Positions 36,658 to 46,407 of a stretch of DNA of 63,890 bases are shown here, piece by piece. Positions within the stretch are counted from its first letter, which is position 1; each line of letters begins with the position of its first letter. The stretch lies in IMG/VR virus record IMGVR_UViG_3300045131_001062, positions 1-63,890 of that record; one strand, given 5' to 3'. Source of the DNA: a virus (lineage: Duplodnaviria; Caudoviricetes). The notes beneath the pieces were generated by a model. The model was not told where the DNA came from, searched no databases, and saw only the letters and a program-made list of their open reading frames with translations. The translations under genes and the position numbers were made by a program.

Positions 36658-38576
36658 ACACGTTCTTCACTGTTGATGGATACAAGCGGCCTGTTCAGTT
36701 AATCTATCGGGCTAATCGCATCTGGATTAACATCAAGTATAACAAGAAGGTGATTGCTTACATCAAGACCATGGAGCAGTCTAAATGGCATGGTTTTGAA
36801 GAGCCGCCTGTTAAGATGTGGTCGATCCTCAACTCACAGCGTAATGCTTTCCAACTGGATTTCATGCAGGGCAAGAATCCGTATGCTCCGTTTGAGGCCC
36901 AGCTCGACTACAATACGCTAGAGTTTAATCGTCCACTATACAGGCATCAGCGCGAGGGTGTGGCGCATGTCCTAAGTCGCCCGGCCTCAATTCTTGCTTG
37001 TGAGATGGGTACGGGTAAGACACTGATGGCCCTGGAATCAGCCGAACGCCATTTGTCACCTACTGATGTCCTGTGGTACATAGGTCCGCGGTCGGGTATC
37101 TATGCCGTTCAGCGCGACTTGGCCAAGTGGCGGGCTAAAGTTTTTCCGGAGCGTTATCTCACGTATGAGAAGCTTTCCAACATAATCAAGCAAGTTGGAA
37201 CAGACATCGAAGTGCCGAAGATGGTAATCTTCGATGAGAGCAGCAAGGTTAAGAATCCAACTGCCAATCGTACGCAAGCCTGTCTTACCTTGGCTAATCT
37301 GGTGCGGGAACATCACCCGGATGATTACAAGCTGGTGCTGATGAGCGGTACGCCTGCGCCTAAGAGTCCCGTGGATTGGTGGTCGCAGTGTGAGATAGCT
37401 TGCCCCGGATTCATCAAGGAAGGTAATCTTCCTAAGTTCAAGCGTCGGCTGTCCATCATTGAAGAGAAGGAATCTGCGGCGGGTGGTATGTATGCTTCGG
37501 TCGTGACTTGGTTGGATGATGAGAACAAGTGCGCTACCTGTGGCCAGCCCAAGGAACATATTAATCACGCGGAGTTAGTAGCGCAACTTGTTGGCGGTAC
37601 TGCTGGCCATCAGTTCGTTAAGTCAGCCAATGAAGTTGCAAAACTGTATCGCCGAATGCAGGGTTTGACGTTGGTTCGGTTCAAGAAGGACTGCCTTGAC
37701 CTCCCCGAGAAGATCTACGAAATCGTTGAGATTAAGCCAACCATCGAAATTCTACGCACTGCCAAGTTAATCAAGCAACAGTGTCCTACTGCGATTCAGG
37801 CGATCACGCTTCTGCGTGAATTGTCTGATGGTTTCCAGTATCAGCCCGAGAAGACTGGCATGGAAACTTGCTCACTCTGCAAGGGCGTTGGTACAATCGT
37901 TGACCTTGTGCCTCCAGATGATTACGATCCCAACCTCGACAACACTGGAGAGATTAAGTACGTCGAAAAGACCATCGACTGCCACAAGTGCGGTGGTGCT
38001 AAAGAGACGGCTGTGTTTCAGCGGGTTGTGGTTGAGAGCGACAGTTCGCCGAAGGATCAGTATCTAATCGACGACCTTGATGAGCATGAGGACGTTGGGC
38101 GTCTTGTGGTGTGGGGTGGATTCACGGGAACCATTGACAAGCTGGTCCGGCTTGCCAAGCAGCAGGGTTGGAATGTTCTTCAAGTAGACGGTCGTGGATT
38201 CCGTGCATCAACATACGACGATAAGGAAATCCCCACCAACATCGCGCTGGATGCTTTCGATGCCTCACACCCGGACTATGAATACCTGAAACAGCAGATC
38301 CCTAAGCTCTGTTTCATCGGAAGCCCGGAAGCCGGCGGTATGGCACTTAATCTTACGGGCAGTCCTACAGAAATCTTCTACTCGAATACGTTCCGTGGTG
38401 AAGCCCGTATGCAGGCTGAGGATCGTTTTCATCGTCCGGGTGCCGATAAGAATCGTGGTTGCACGATTAAAGACTATCTGCATCTGCCGGTGGATAGACT
38501 GATTCTAGAGAATCTCAAGAAGAAACGCCGGATGCAAGAAATAAGTATGGGAGAGTTAAATGAATATATTGATTGA
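36642..38576 (+). CDS. SNF2-family helicase with Cys-rich inserts
   Basis: EMGTGKT, FDESS, MSGTP, GMALNLT, QAEDRFHRPG. Confidence 0.93.
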   Translation: MDTTVDTFFTVDGYKRPVQLIYRANRIWINIKYNKKVIAYIKTMEQSKWHGFEEPPVKMWSILNSQRNAFQLDFMQGKNPYAPFEAQLDYNTLEFNRPLYRHQREGVAHVLSRPASILACEMGTGKTLMALESAERHLSPTDVLWYIGPRSGIYAVQRDLAKWRAKVFPERYLTYEKLSNIIKQVGTDIEVPKMVIFDESSKVKNPTANRTQACLTLANLVREHHPDDYKLVLMSGTPAPKSPVDWWSQCEIACPGFIKEGNLPKFKRRLSIIEEKESAAGGMYASVVTWLDDENKCATCGQPKEHINHAELVAQLVGGTAGHQFVKSANEVAKLYRRMQGLTLVRFKKDCLDLPEKIYEIVEIKPTIEILRTAKLIKQQCPTAIQAITLLRELSDGFQYQPEKTGMETCSLCKGVGTIVDLVPPDDYDPNLDNTGEIKYVEKTIDCHKCGGAKETAVFQRVVVESDSSPKDQYLIDDLDEHEDVGRLVVWGGFTGTIDKLVRLAKQQGWNVLQVDGRGFRASTYDDKEIPTNIALDAFDASHPDYEYLKQQIPKLCFIGSPEAGGMALNLTGSPTEIFYSNTFRGEARMQAEDRFHRPGADKNRGCTIKDYLHLPVDRLILENLKKKRRMQEISMGELNEYID

Positions 38577-39423
38577 CGATATCCACATTGACGAAGAGTT
38601 CAATAGTCGTGGCGCTATTGCACCTATTGACGTTATTGATTTGCAGCGGGACATTGATGTGAATGGATTACTCCAACCCATCATCGTCTCGGAGTGCAAC
38701 TCCGAACAACAGAGGGCGTGGGGTAAGAAGTACAAACTAATCGCTGGGTTCCGGCGTCTGTTTTGCGTGCGGTCATTGAACCGCAAAGAAATTGAAGCCG
38801 TTGTCAAGCCGCCACTGTCGGACATTGCAGCGGCATCTATGAATCTGCGAGAGAACTTGCTGCGGTCTAATCTCAATATCTTGCAGGAAGCTAAGGCTAT
38901 TGCTCGTCTCCGTAATTTGGGAGTGAGTGAGACGGCTTGTGGTGCCGAAGTCGGTCAATCGCGTGGGTGGGCACAGATTCGTTTCATGCTGTTGTCCCTA
39001 CCTAAGGAAATGTATCCTGATGTGGTGGCCGGAATAATCACGCAGACTAACATTCGTGAACTGTACAGCATCATGCGTAAGGGCGGACCTAAGGCGGCGT
39101 TGGACTTTGCACGGGAAATGAAGTCTGCTAAGCAACGCGGCCTTAAGAATCACGAGATTGAGACTAAAGAAAAGAAGGCCAATGCCAAGCGCCACCGTAA
39201 GCGTCCAGAGATTTTCCTGATGCAAGAGCATGTGCGGGAAAACTTTGGTAATAACTTTGCCACTCGTTGTCTGGCCTGGGCTGCCGGTGAGATTAGTACC
39301 AGCGAGTTGGATGAGGATATCAAGAAGCTGTGCACGGACAAGGGACGGACGTTCGTGGAAATGAAGGAAGATTCTTTTGAGGACGATGAGTTTGTGGAAG
39401 AGGAAACTGAGACACCGGCTTAA
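38560..39423 (+). CDS. Second ParB/Spo0J family protein of the operon
   Basis: GLLQPIIV, YKLIAGFRR, NLRENLLRSNL..QEAKA. Confidence 0.92.
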   Translation: MNILIDDIHIDEEFNSRGAIAPIDVIDLQRDIDVNGLLQPIIVSECNSEQQRAWGKKYKLIAGFRRLFCVRSLNRKEIEAVVKPPLSDIAAASMNLRENLLRSNLNILQEAKAIARLRNLGVSETACGAEVGQSRGWAQIRFMLLSLPKEMYPDVVAGIITQTNIRELYSIMRKGGPKAALDFAREMKSAKQRGLKNHEIETKEKKANAKRHRKRPEIFLMQEHVRENFGNNFATRCLAWAAGEISTSELDEDIKKLCTDKGRTFVEMKEDSFEDDEFVEEETETPA

Positions 39424-39442
39424 ATAATTACTTCCATACTAT

Positions 39443-41779
39443 ATGATATACTTAGACACAGAAACCTGTGGTTTCCACGGACCCATTGTACTATTGCAAT
39501 GGGCGCGGGACAACGATCCCGTTGAATTATTTTGTCCGTGGGAAAATCCTGTCAAGGACACGCTGGCCTTGATTGAGGAAATCTGCTTGGACGAGGGTGG
39601 TGTTTGTGCATTCAACATCGCCTTCGATTGGTTCCACATCTGTCAGATGTACACCACTTTCTCTCTGTTGGCGGATAAGGATTCGCCGCCAGATATTGAG
39701 GAAGTGGCCCTAGCCCAATCTGCGGCGCGGGATGGTTACTGCTGTAAGCCTACCCACGCCCTAGATCTTATGATGCACGCCCGCAAGGGTCCATATCAAT
39801 CTACGATGGAACGGGGTGACATAGTAATCAAACGAGTTCCGTCGGTTATTGCGTACAAGTTGGCCGCTCTACTTGATCAGAACATCAAGTTCAAGGACAT
39901 CAACTTCGCACGCAAGAAGGGAACATCTCGCTGGAAGGTCACAGATATTGTCACAGGATTAGGCGACATCAATGGTGAGTTCAAGGATATTGTTCTTAAG
40001 TTTGCACCATCTACGAGTCTGAAAGCAATCGTTAAGGATGCACTCCATCCCGACCTCGATATTGTGACGTTCGACTCGATTAAGTTGTCGCCAGAATTAC
40101 AACCCGTTGAGTATGGTTACGCCCCATTTGCCACCGCGGGCGTGTTCTCTGGAAAGAAGCGCAAGTATCTACGCACGGGAGCCGGTAACTGGCGAGGAAC
40201 CTGGCCCGATGTGATTGAGTCGCATATATCCTACTGGCGATTTAATCCTCTGGCCCGTAAGTATGCCAAGAACGATGTTGTGTATCTGCGGGAATTGCGC
40301 GAACACTTTGGTAATCCTGAGCCAGATGATGATGAAAGCATACTTGCGTGCATGGTCGGGGCTAATCGCTGGAAAGGATTCAGCATCAACGTACCCGGTA
40401 TCATTAATCTTCGGCGTGAAGCTATTGACAAAGTAACTAAACTGAAAGAGAAGTTCAACTTCAATAGCTCCGAAGTGTGCTACCGTTATCTCACGCAAGT
40501 GATGGGCGATGAGAAACTTGGATTATTGGTCGAGGGCAAGGTATCCACCAAAGCGATTTTGCTAGAAGAGATAGAACGCTGGACACTATCCACGGTATGC
40601 CCCGACTGTGAAGGTCAGGGTTGCATCAACTGTGAGGATGGGATTAAGGAATCCAGCGACCCACATCCTGCTGCGGAGAGAGCTAGAGAGATTCTGGATG
40701 CAAGACATGCCTCCAAAGAGATCCAACTGTATGATAAGCTGTTGCAAGCCGGACGTTTCCACGCTAGCTTCGATGTAATCGGCGCGCTCTCCGGTCGTAT
40801 GGGTGGCGGCGGTGGTGGATTAAATGCACAGGGCGTCAATAAAGAGAAACGAATCCGCCAACAGTTTACCCTAGCAAGCGGGGGTATGGTTTTGTGTGGG
40901 GGTGACTTTGATGCCTTCGAAGTCAATATTGTAGATGCCGTCTATGGTGATCCTAAACTACGCGCTGAGTTAATGTCTGGTAAGAAGATTCACGGAATCT
41001 TGGGTGAGTTCTTCTTCGCCCCAATGACCTACGATGAAGTGCTAGCTACCAACGGTTTGGCCGGCGAAAAGGACAAATACAAGCGCAGCAAGAATGGTGT
41101 CTTTGCATTAATCTATATGGGTAATGAACACACGCTACACACGCGGGTGGGTCTTTCCACAGAAGCCGCGTTAGCTTCATTAAATCGTTTCTTGTCCACC
41201 TACACGGTGTTCGGCAAAGAGCGGCAACGTTACTTTGATATGTTCTGCTCAATGCGTCAACCCAATGGTATTGGGACACAGGTTGAGTGGGCTGATCCCC
41301 AAGATTATATCGAGACGTTGCTCGGTTTCAAGCGATACTTTACCCTTGAGAACTCTGTATGCAAGTTCCTGTTTAATCTTGCGCAGAAACCACCCAAGGA
41401 GTGGAAGGGTATTCAGATAAAGGTTAAGCGACGCGACCGTGATCAAACCGTTTCAGGTGCCGTTCAATCGGCATTGTACGCGGCAGCGTTTGCACTGCAA
41501 GCCAGTAACATGCGGGCCGCGGGCAACCATGTGATTCAAGGCACCGGCGCACAGATTACCAAGAAGCTACAACGCAAGTTGTGGGAAATCCAACCGCCCG
41601 GTATCAATCGTTGGCGCACCATGCTTCTGAACATTCACGATGAGGTAATGGCGCCCTGCTTACCAGAATATCTTGAACAACAGAAACAGTTAGTGGAAGA
41701 GTTTCTGCAAGAATATAAGCAACTAGTCCCATTAATCGCTATGAAGTGGGAACAGCATGTTAAGACGTGGGGACACTAA
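39443..41779 (+). CDS. DNA polymerase family A with 3'-5' exonuclease domain
   Basis: LDTET, FNIAFD, YAKND exonuclease motifs; SGR; GDFDAFE (A), RSKNGVFALIY (B), NHVIQGTGA, IHDE (C). Confidence 0.9.
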   Translation: MIYLDTETCGFHGPIVLLQWARDNDPVELFCPWENPVKDTLALIEEICLDEGGVCAFNIAFDWFHICQMYTTFSLLADKDSPPDIEEVALAQSAARDGYCCKPTHALDLMMHARKGPYQSTMERGDIVIKRVPSVIAYKLAALLDQNIKFKDINFARKKGTSRWKVTDIVTGLGDINGEFKDIVLKFAPSTSLKAIVKDALHPDLDIVTFDSIKLSPELQPVEYGYAPFATAGVFSGKKRKYLRTGAGNWRGTWPDVIESHISYWRFNPLARKYAKNDVVYLRELREHFGNPEPDDDESILACMVGANRWKGFSINVPGIINLRREAIDKVTKLKEKFNFNSSEVCYRYLTQVMGDEKLGLLVEGKVSTKAILLEEIERWTLSTVCPDCEGQGCINCEDGIKESSDPHPAAERAREILDARHASKEIQLYDKLLQAGRFHASFDVIGALSGRMGGGGGGLNAQGVNKEKRIRQQFTLASGGMVLCGGDFDAFEVNIVDAVYGDPKLRAELMSGKKIHGILGEFFFAPMTYDEVLATNGLAGEKDKYKRSKNGVFALIYMGNEHTLHTRVGLSTEAALASLNRFLSTYTVFGKERQRYFDMFCSMRQPNGIGTQVEWADPQDYIETLLGFKRYFTLENSVCKFLFNLAQKPPKEWKGIQIKVKRRDRDQTVSGAVQSALYAAAFALQASNMRAAGNHVIQGTGAQITKKLQRKLWEIQPPGINRWRTMLLNIHDEVMAPCLPEYLEQQKQLVEEFLQEYKQLVPLIAMKWEQHVKTWGH

Positions 41780-42123
41780 TGAACGAATTCCATCACACAG
41801 TACATGAGAAAGTGTTATGTTACCAGTCTATGGAGACAATCGTTAGCTCTGGTAGATTCGAACGACTGGCAAACGTATCTACACCACAGCAGCTAGCCGT
41901 CGTGCGTGAGGCAATACGTACGGGGGATCGGAAAGCGATTATTCGCTGGATGCAGGATCATCCCTCCAAGTCGCATGGTGAAATGTCTTCCCCAGAACTA
42001 AAACGTAAAGCGCAACGGTGCAGAATCCCTAACTACAGTCGGCTGAATAAGATAGAACTAATGGAGGCGTTGGACGATTATGAAGAAAGACGAAAAGCTC
42101 AAGGAAATTCGCTCATTAGCTGA
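41779..42123 (+). CDS. Rho N-terminal-like domain protein
   Basis: ELKRKAQRCRIPNYSRLNKIELMEAL. Confidence 0.7.
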   Translation: MNEFHHTVHEKVLCYQSMETIVSSGRFERLANVSTPQQLAVVREAIRTGDRKAIIRWMQDHPSKSHGEMSSPELKRKAQRCRIPNYSRLNKIELMEALDDYEERRKAQGNSLIS

Positions 42124-42487
42124 GTGTATCAACGAGAACATCACAAGACACACGAAGCACTTCAAGCCACTGAGGCATTTTGAGGCAGTAGATTACGAGG
42201 ATGTGCCTGTACTGGTTGTTAACGAGACCTATCGTTGGATTAAAGACATCGAAGCGTCATTCTTACTGGGCGTTAAGCGTGTGCGCCGGTTGTTGCCGGA
42301 GTCTCAATGGGATTTGTACTACTCGATGTATGAGGATTACTGGGATACTCGTGAAGCTATCATGCTGAAAGATGCGGTCAATAAGTTGATTGAGTCAATC
42401 AAAGCCAAACCTACCTTCTTTAGGCAGGTAGACTTGGTGGTGGCCATCCGAAAACACAAGAAGGCTAAGAATGAAAATAATGGTTGA
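42080..42487 (+). CDS. Hypothetical protein
   Basis: Operon packing. Confidence 0.6.
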   Translation: MKKDEKLKEIRSLAECINENITRHTKHFKPLRHFEAVDYEDVPVLVVNETYRWIKDIEASFLLGVKRVRRLLPESQWDLYYSMYEDYWDTREAIMLKDAVNKLIESIKAKPTFFRQVDLVVAIRKHKKAKNENNG

Positions 42488-42824
42488 CCGGCGTCCGGGA
42501 TGGATGGGCTACGGTATTGAGATACGCATGTTTGCGCGACCAGATCAGTCGGGCGACACAGTAACGATTAATCGTAAGGCTTATCTTAATCCTGTAGTGG
42601 CTACAGGCCTCACTGTTGTAGAAAATCCCGACCCACAACTAACTATTCCGGCGGCTATAACCTTAACTGAACAGGAGGCTCAGAGTTTCATGGACGGCCT
42701 GTGGCAAGCAGGGATCAGACCTGCGGACGGAACGGGAAGCACTGGACAGCTGGCTGCTACACAGAATCACTTGAAAGACCTGCAAACAATAACTGCTAAT
42801 CTACTAGCCAAGGTGCTGAAATGA
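42471..42824 (+). CDS. Hypothetical protein
   Basis: AQSFMDGLWQAGIRP..ATQNHLKDL pattern; packing. Confidence 0.7.
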   Translation: MKIMVDRRPGWMGYGIEIRMFARPDQSGDTVTINRKAYLNPVVATGLTVVENPDPQLTIPAAITLTEQEAQSFMDGLWQAGIRPADGTGSTGQLAATQNHLKDLQTITANLLAKVLK

Positions 42825-43729
42825 ATACTTGTGATGGCGAACACTGTGACGGTCCGTGTGCTGATTTGAATTGTTGGCAAAAAGATGGGCCAGCTATTAA
42901 AGTAGGGCCAGATGGTTTTGTGCGATTCGTGGATATGATGGGCGATGACCATGCAATCGTTCAAGCCGCACGGGTGTCTTATGGCAAAGGCACCAAGACA
43001 CCTTCGGATGATCAGACGTTGATTAATCATCTGATGCGACATGGCCACACAACTCCCTTTGAAATGGTCGAGTTCAAGTTCCATGTGCGCGTTCCGATGG
43101 ATACTTGGAGGCAGTGGATTAGGCACCGTACTGCTAGTGTGAACGAGTATTCTACCCGCTATTCGGAAGCAATTGATTCCATGGCAACCACAGACGTGTG
43201 GCGTAGCCAGAGCAAAACTAACAAGCAAGGTAGTGGGACTGATCCTATCCATTGGCCAGAAGATCCGGCTAGGGAACGTGTATCTGATGATCCCAATATG
43301 CATTTAAGCATCAAGGAATTGGAGTTTCATGACCACGCACGCTGCATATACAAGGAACGTCTGGCTATGGGAGTGGCCCGTGAGCAGGCACGCAAGGACT
43401 TGCCACTATCTACGTATACCGAAGCCTATTGGAAGATTGATTTACACAATCTATTTCATTTCTTGGATAAGCGTCTTCGCTCGGATGCTCAGCAAGAGAT
43501 TCGCGAGTTTGCAGAAGCTATTGCCCAATTGATTAGTTCACGAGTTCCTATGGCTTGGGCTGCGTTCAAGTGTTATAAGATGAATGCCGTGACGTTCAGT
43601 GATCACGAAATGCTAGCCTTACACAATATGCTAGTGGATACAGAATTGACGCCTCTAACGGCCATTTCTAAATTTACTACGAATGATCGTGAACGCAAAG
43701 AGTTCGTGGCTAAGGTGATGCCATGCTAG
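42821..43729 (+). CDS. thyX: FAD-dependent thymidylate synthase
   Basis: AARVSY, GHTTPFE, RHRTASVNEYSTRY signature. Confidence 0.96.
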   Translation: MNTCDGEHCDGPCADLNCWQKDGPAIKVGPDGFVRFVDMMGDDHAIVQAARVSYGKGTKTPSDDQTLINHLMRHGHTTPFEMVEFKFHVRVPMDTWRQWIRHRTASVNEYSTRYSEAIDSMATTDVWRSQSKTNKQGSGTDPIHWPEDPARERVSDDPNMHLSIKELEFHDHARCIYKERLAMGVAREQARKDLPLSTYTEAYWKIDLHNLFHFLDKRLRSDAQQEIREFAEAIAQLISSRVPMAWAAFKCYKMNAVTFSDHEMLALHNMLVDTELTPLTAISKFTTNDRERKEFVAKVMPC

Positions 43730-44025
43730 ATTTTGATAAAATCGAATTCAAGCAAGAATTCTTGGACGGTGATCGCACGCAGTTCAAAGCTAGAGTAGTT
43801 CGTACTGCTTGTATGATTGCCAGAACATCTGAAACATCAAAAACAGATGCGGAGCAAATACAAGTAATGCTAAAGAAAGCATTGTGGGATGCCTTCTATC
43901 GAGAGTTGCTTGGACCTATTGCAGAATTGAAACGGGATGCTTTGGAGTTTGCCACTACGCAAGAAGACTATGACAGAACGGCCGCAACGTGTGCTAAGAT
44001 AGACGAACTATTGAGGTTCAAATGA
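43723..44025 (+). CDS. Hypothetical protein
   Basis: Operon packing. Confidence 0.6.
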   Translation: MLDFDKIEFKQEFLDGDRTQFKARVVRTACMIARTSETSKTDAEQIQVMLKKALWDAFYRELLGPIAELKRDALEFATTQEDYDRTAATCAKIDELLRFK

Positions 44026-44840
44026 ACGTCAAACTTGAAAAAGATTACTTGAAGATTTCGCTACAAGACATTCTGGAACAACTAACGCTTGATGATAAGA
44101 GATTGATGGCCGCCTACCTTGCTTGCGAAGACGATGTGATCGAGGATGTTGCTAATCAACTCCTGACCGGCTGGACGGAGAGTGGTTGGCACGGTGGCCG
44201 TTCGGCTGGTCAGGCAGAACCGACTGGTGCTTTGGATATCTGGCGTCGTCGGCTTGCACTACGTTGTGGCGAGGTAGCCGTCAAGGAAATCGAAGACCTT
44301 AAGAACAGTTTGAAGTATGCCGATCAACTTAATCGTGAACTGCATGATCATATTGTCACTTGCCATGAGCGATTGATGCATAACAATATACCGCAGCCGG
44401 TTGGGCAATTTAGGTATGATCCCTCCTACAAGGATAAGGTTGTTCTCAGTAAAGAAGAAGTGGCCAAGGGAACGATTAGAATTGTCTTCGATGGTCCTCC
44501 CGGTCCCGAAGCTGGACGTTTCGTGGAAGTTGAAGATGAATCTGGTAAGTCAGTCAGCGTAGGAGAGTGGTCGCAGGAAGGTGATTATTGGTATCTGACG
44601 ATTAAATCTCCTGCTAACCAAAAGTATGAACAGCGGATCAATCAACTACAAGAAGAGTTAGGACTTAAATTAGCTGCCTGTTCTTGTGCTGCGATTATGG
44701 ACACACCAGAAACCCATGAACAGAATAAGTCAGTTACTAGGGAGAGTCCAGCTTGGACCCCAGCTTTTGAAGCTGTGATGCGTAGAACGGCGGAATGCAT
44801 TGAACTCAGGAGCAAAGTAGGATCCAAGGAGTCACTATGA
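44022..44840 (+). CDS. Hypothetical multi-module protein
   Basis: Contains an IVFDGPPGPEAGRFVEVED module; ATGA overlaps. Confidence 0.65.
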   Translation: MNVKLEKDYLKISLQDILEQLTLDDKRLMAAYLACEDDVIEDVANQLLTGWTESGWHGGRSAGQAEPTGALDIWRRRLALRCGEVAVKEIEDLKNSLKYADQLNRELHDHIVTCHERLMHNNIPQPVGQFRYDPSYKDKVVLSKEEVAKGTIRIVFDGPPGPEAGRFVEVEDESGKSVSVGEWSQEGDYWYLTIKSPANQKYEQRINQLQEELGLKLAACSCAAIMDTPETHEQNKSVTRESPAWTPAFEAVMRRTAECIELRSKVGSKESL

Positions 44841-45007
44841 AACTCGACGAGTTCATCGAAGTTAAAATGGAAGAAATCAAGCGGTTCAAATACTTCTGGC
44901 ACCACTCGATGCTACAGGAACCTAAGGATTTCCCGGATCAACTGTCTGAACCTGAGTGGGAAGGAAAGCTAGCCGAATATCTGGAGGACTGTGATGATGA
45001 TAATTGA
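44837..45007 (+). CDS. Small hypothetical protein (56 aa, below the ORF-track cutoff)
   Basis: AAGGAG SD, ATGA overlap; MKLDEFIEVKMEEIKRF.. Confidence 0.6.
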   Translation: MKLDEFIEVKMEEIKRFKYFWHHSMLQEPKDFPDQLSEPEWEGKLAEYLEDCDDDN

Positions 45008-45266
45008 ATGTAAGTGCGGTTGGAAGTTTGACCGGGAAGCCCGTAAGGACTGTCCCGGTTGTGGCCGCATATATGCAACGGAAGTTGAGTATCTGCAAAA
45101 TCAGAACCGATTACTGGTCATGCAGTTGAAGAAGTGGCAAGAAGCTTTTCGTAATGGCGGGCGACAGACTTCCTTAGCAGACTGGAACTTTGGATTAAAG
45201 AAGTGCTGCGAGGAAACGACTGAGGCGATTAAGTTGGGGACTATGAAGTACGGAGAGCAAGGATGA
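44991..45266 (+). CDS. Zn-ribbon hypothetical protein
   Basis: CKCG..CPGC; GGAGG SD. Confidence 0.6.
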   Translation: MMMIIECKCGWKFDREARKDCPGCGRIYATEVEYLQNQNRLLVMQLKKWQEAFRNGGRQTSLADWNFGLKKCCEETTEAIKLGTMKYGEQG

Positions 45267-45904
45267 ATGATCAATTCGTAGTTAAGGATTCAGGAAATCG
45301 GCAAGAATTCCCAACAGGTAGCCGAAGGGATACAAATGAAGGAAAGTCTCGTCCCGACCTTGTTAGTCCCTTCTTTCTTGAGCGTCTTGGGGCGCACATG
45401 CAAAAGGGACTGGCAAAGTACGGTGAGCACAACTGGGCAAAAGGCCAGCCTACCGCCCGATACTTGGAATCGGCAATGCGACATCTTGTACAATTACTTA
45501 AGGGCGATCGTGATGAGGACCACGCGGCTGCGGTCGCGTTCAACATCATGGGAATCGTACACAATGAAGAATGTATTCGTCTCGGCCTACTTCCCGCCGA
45601 ATTAGGCGTGTTGACTCATCCTTGGTTGGAACAAACTCGTACAGTTCCGGCACCGATTGATAGCCCATCGACAGGCATCCCGCCAATTACAGAGCCGCAA
45701 GTCATTCTAGACTTTCCGCCTAGGACTGAGCGGGATGACAGAATTGACAAGTTAATGATTAGCGCGGTAGAAGAACGGCTCAACAAATTACAACGAGAAG
45801 GAATTGAGGCGGCCAAACAAGGGATGCATACGTGCCCATATGAAATGAATTCAGTGGAATCAAAACATTGGTGGATTGGGTATCATTCAGTATCCACGTT
45901 TTGA
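45263..45904 (+). CDS. dATP/dGTP diphosphohydrolase domain (DUF5664-like) protein
   Basis: KDSG.R.EF.TG..RD..GKSRPDL, GLAKYGEHNWAKG, SAMRH, EDHAAAVAFN. Confidence 0.85.
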   Translation: MNDQFVVKDSGNRQEFPTGSRRDTNEGKSRPDLVSPFFLERLGAHMQKGLAKYGEHNWAKGQPTARYLESAMRHLVQLLKGDRDEDHAAAVAFNIMGIVHNEECIRLGLLPAELGVLTHPWLEQTRTVPAPIDSPSTGIPPITEPQVILDFPPRTERDDRIDKLMISAVEERLNKLQREGIEAAKQGMHTCPYEMNSVESKHWWIGYHSVSTF

Positions 45905-45933
45905 GGCGGGGTAATAAGTGACTAAGGAATAAG

Positions 45934-46404
45934 ATGAAACTAATCACACAAGACGGACCGCGGTGCATGATCTACTCGGCAGCCATGCTGCTGAACTGTG
46001 ATCCTGCTGAGATTGTTGAGTTCATTAAGCATGACGGCACTGAGATTACCTTCGAGGGTCAGCAGGGCCAGAAGCAAATGAAGGGTGTTCACATACAAGA
46101 GATTGTGGACTTTGCATGGACTAAGGGATATGCTCTGATGCAGATCGAATTGTTCCCGACCATTGCGCCGGATCGGGAGACACAACCCATTTTGATCTGG
46201 ACCAAACCCACATGTAGCCGCAGGTTCATGGCTTACTTGCGCTTCCATGATGCACTAATCTGGTGCAAGGCTGGATCCAGTTCGCCGGAACACATGGTGG
46301 CGTGGGATGCAGCTGAACAGAAAGTCTATGATTCGCACGGATTCATTAAGCCGTTGAAGGATTACGTGATCGCTGCGGCGTGGTTGGCCATTAAGATTCG
46401 CTAG
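45934..46404 (+). CDS. Stand-alone papain-like/C39-type cysteine peptidase (putative)
   Basis: Q6..C11 (TQDGPRC..AAMLL), H120 (EHMVAWD), D133 (VYDS). Confidence 0.65.
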   Translation: MKLITQDGPRCMIYSAAMLLNCDPAEIVEFIKHDGTEITFEGQQGQKQMKGVHIQEIVDFAWTKGYALMQIELFPTIAPDRETQPILIWTKPTCSRRFMAYLRFHDALIWCKAGSSSPEHMVAWDAAEQKVYDSHGFIKPLKDYVIAAAWLAIKIR

Positions 46405-46407
46405 TAA

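Noticed and set aside
45263-45904. Z-genome (2-aminoadenine) pathway
   Set aside because: No PurZ-like adenylosuccinate synthetase recognised in the window.
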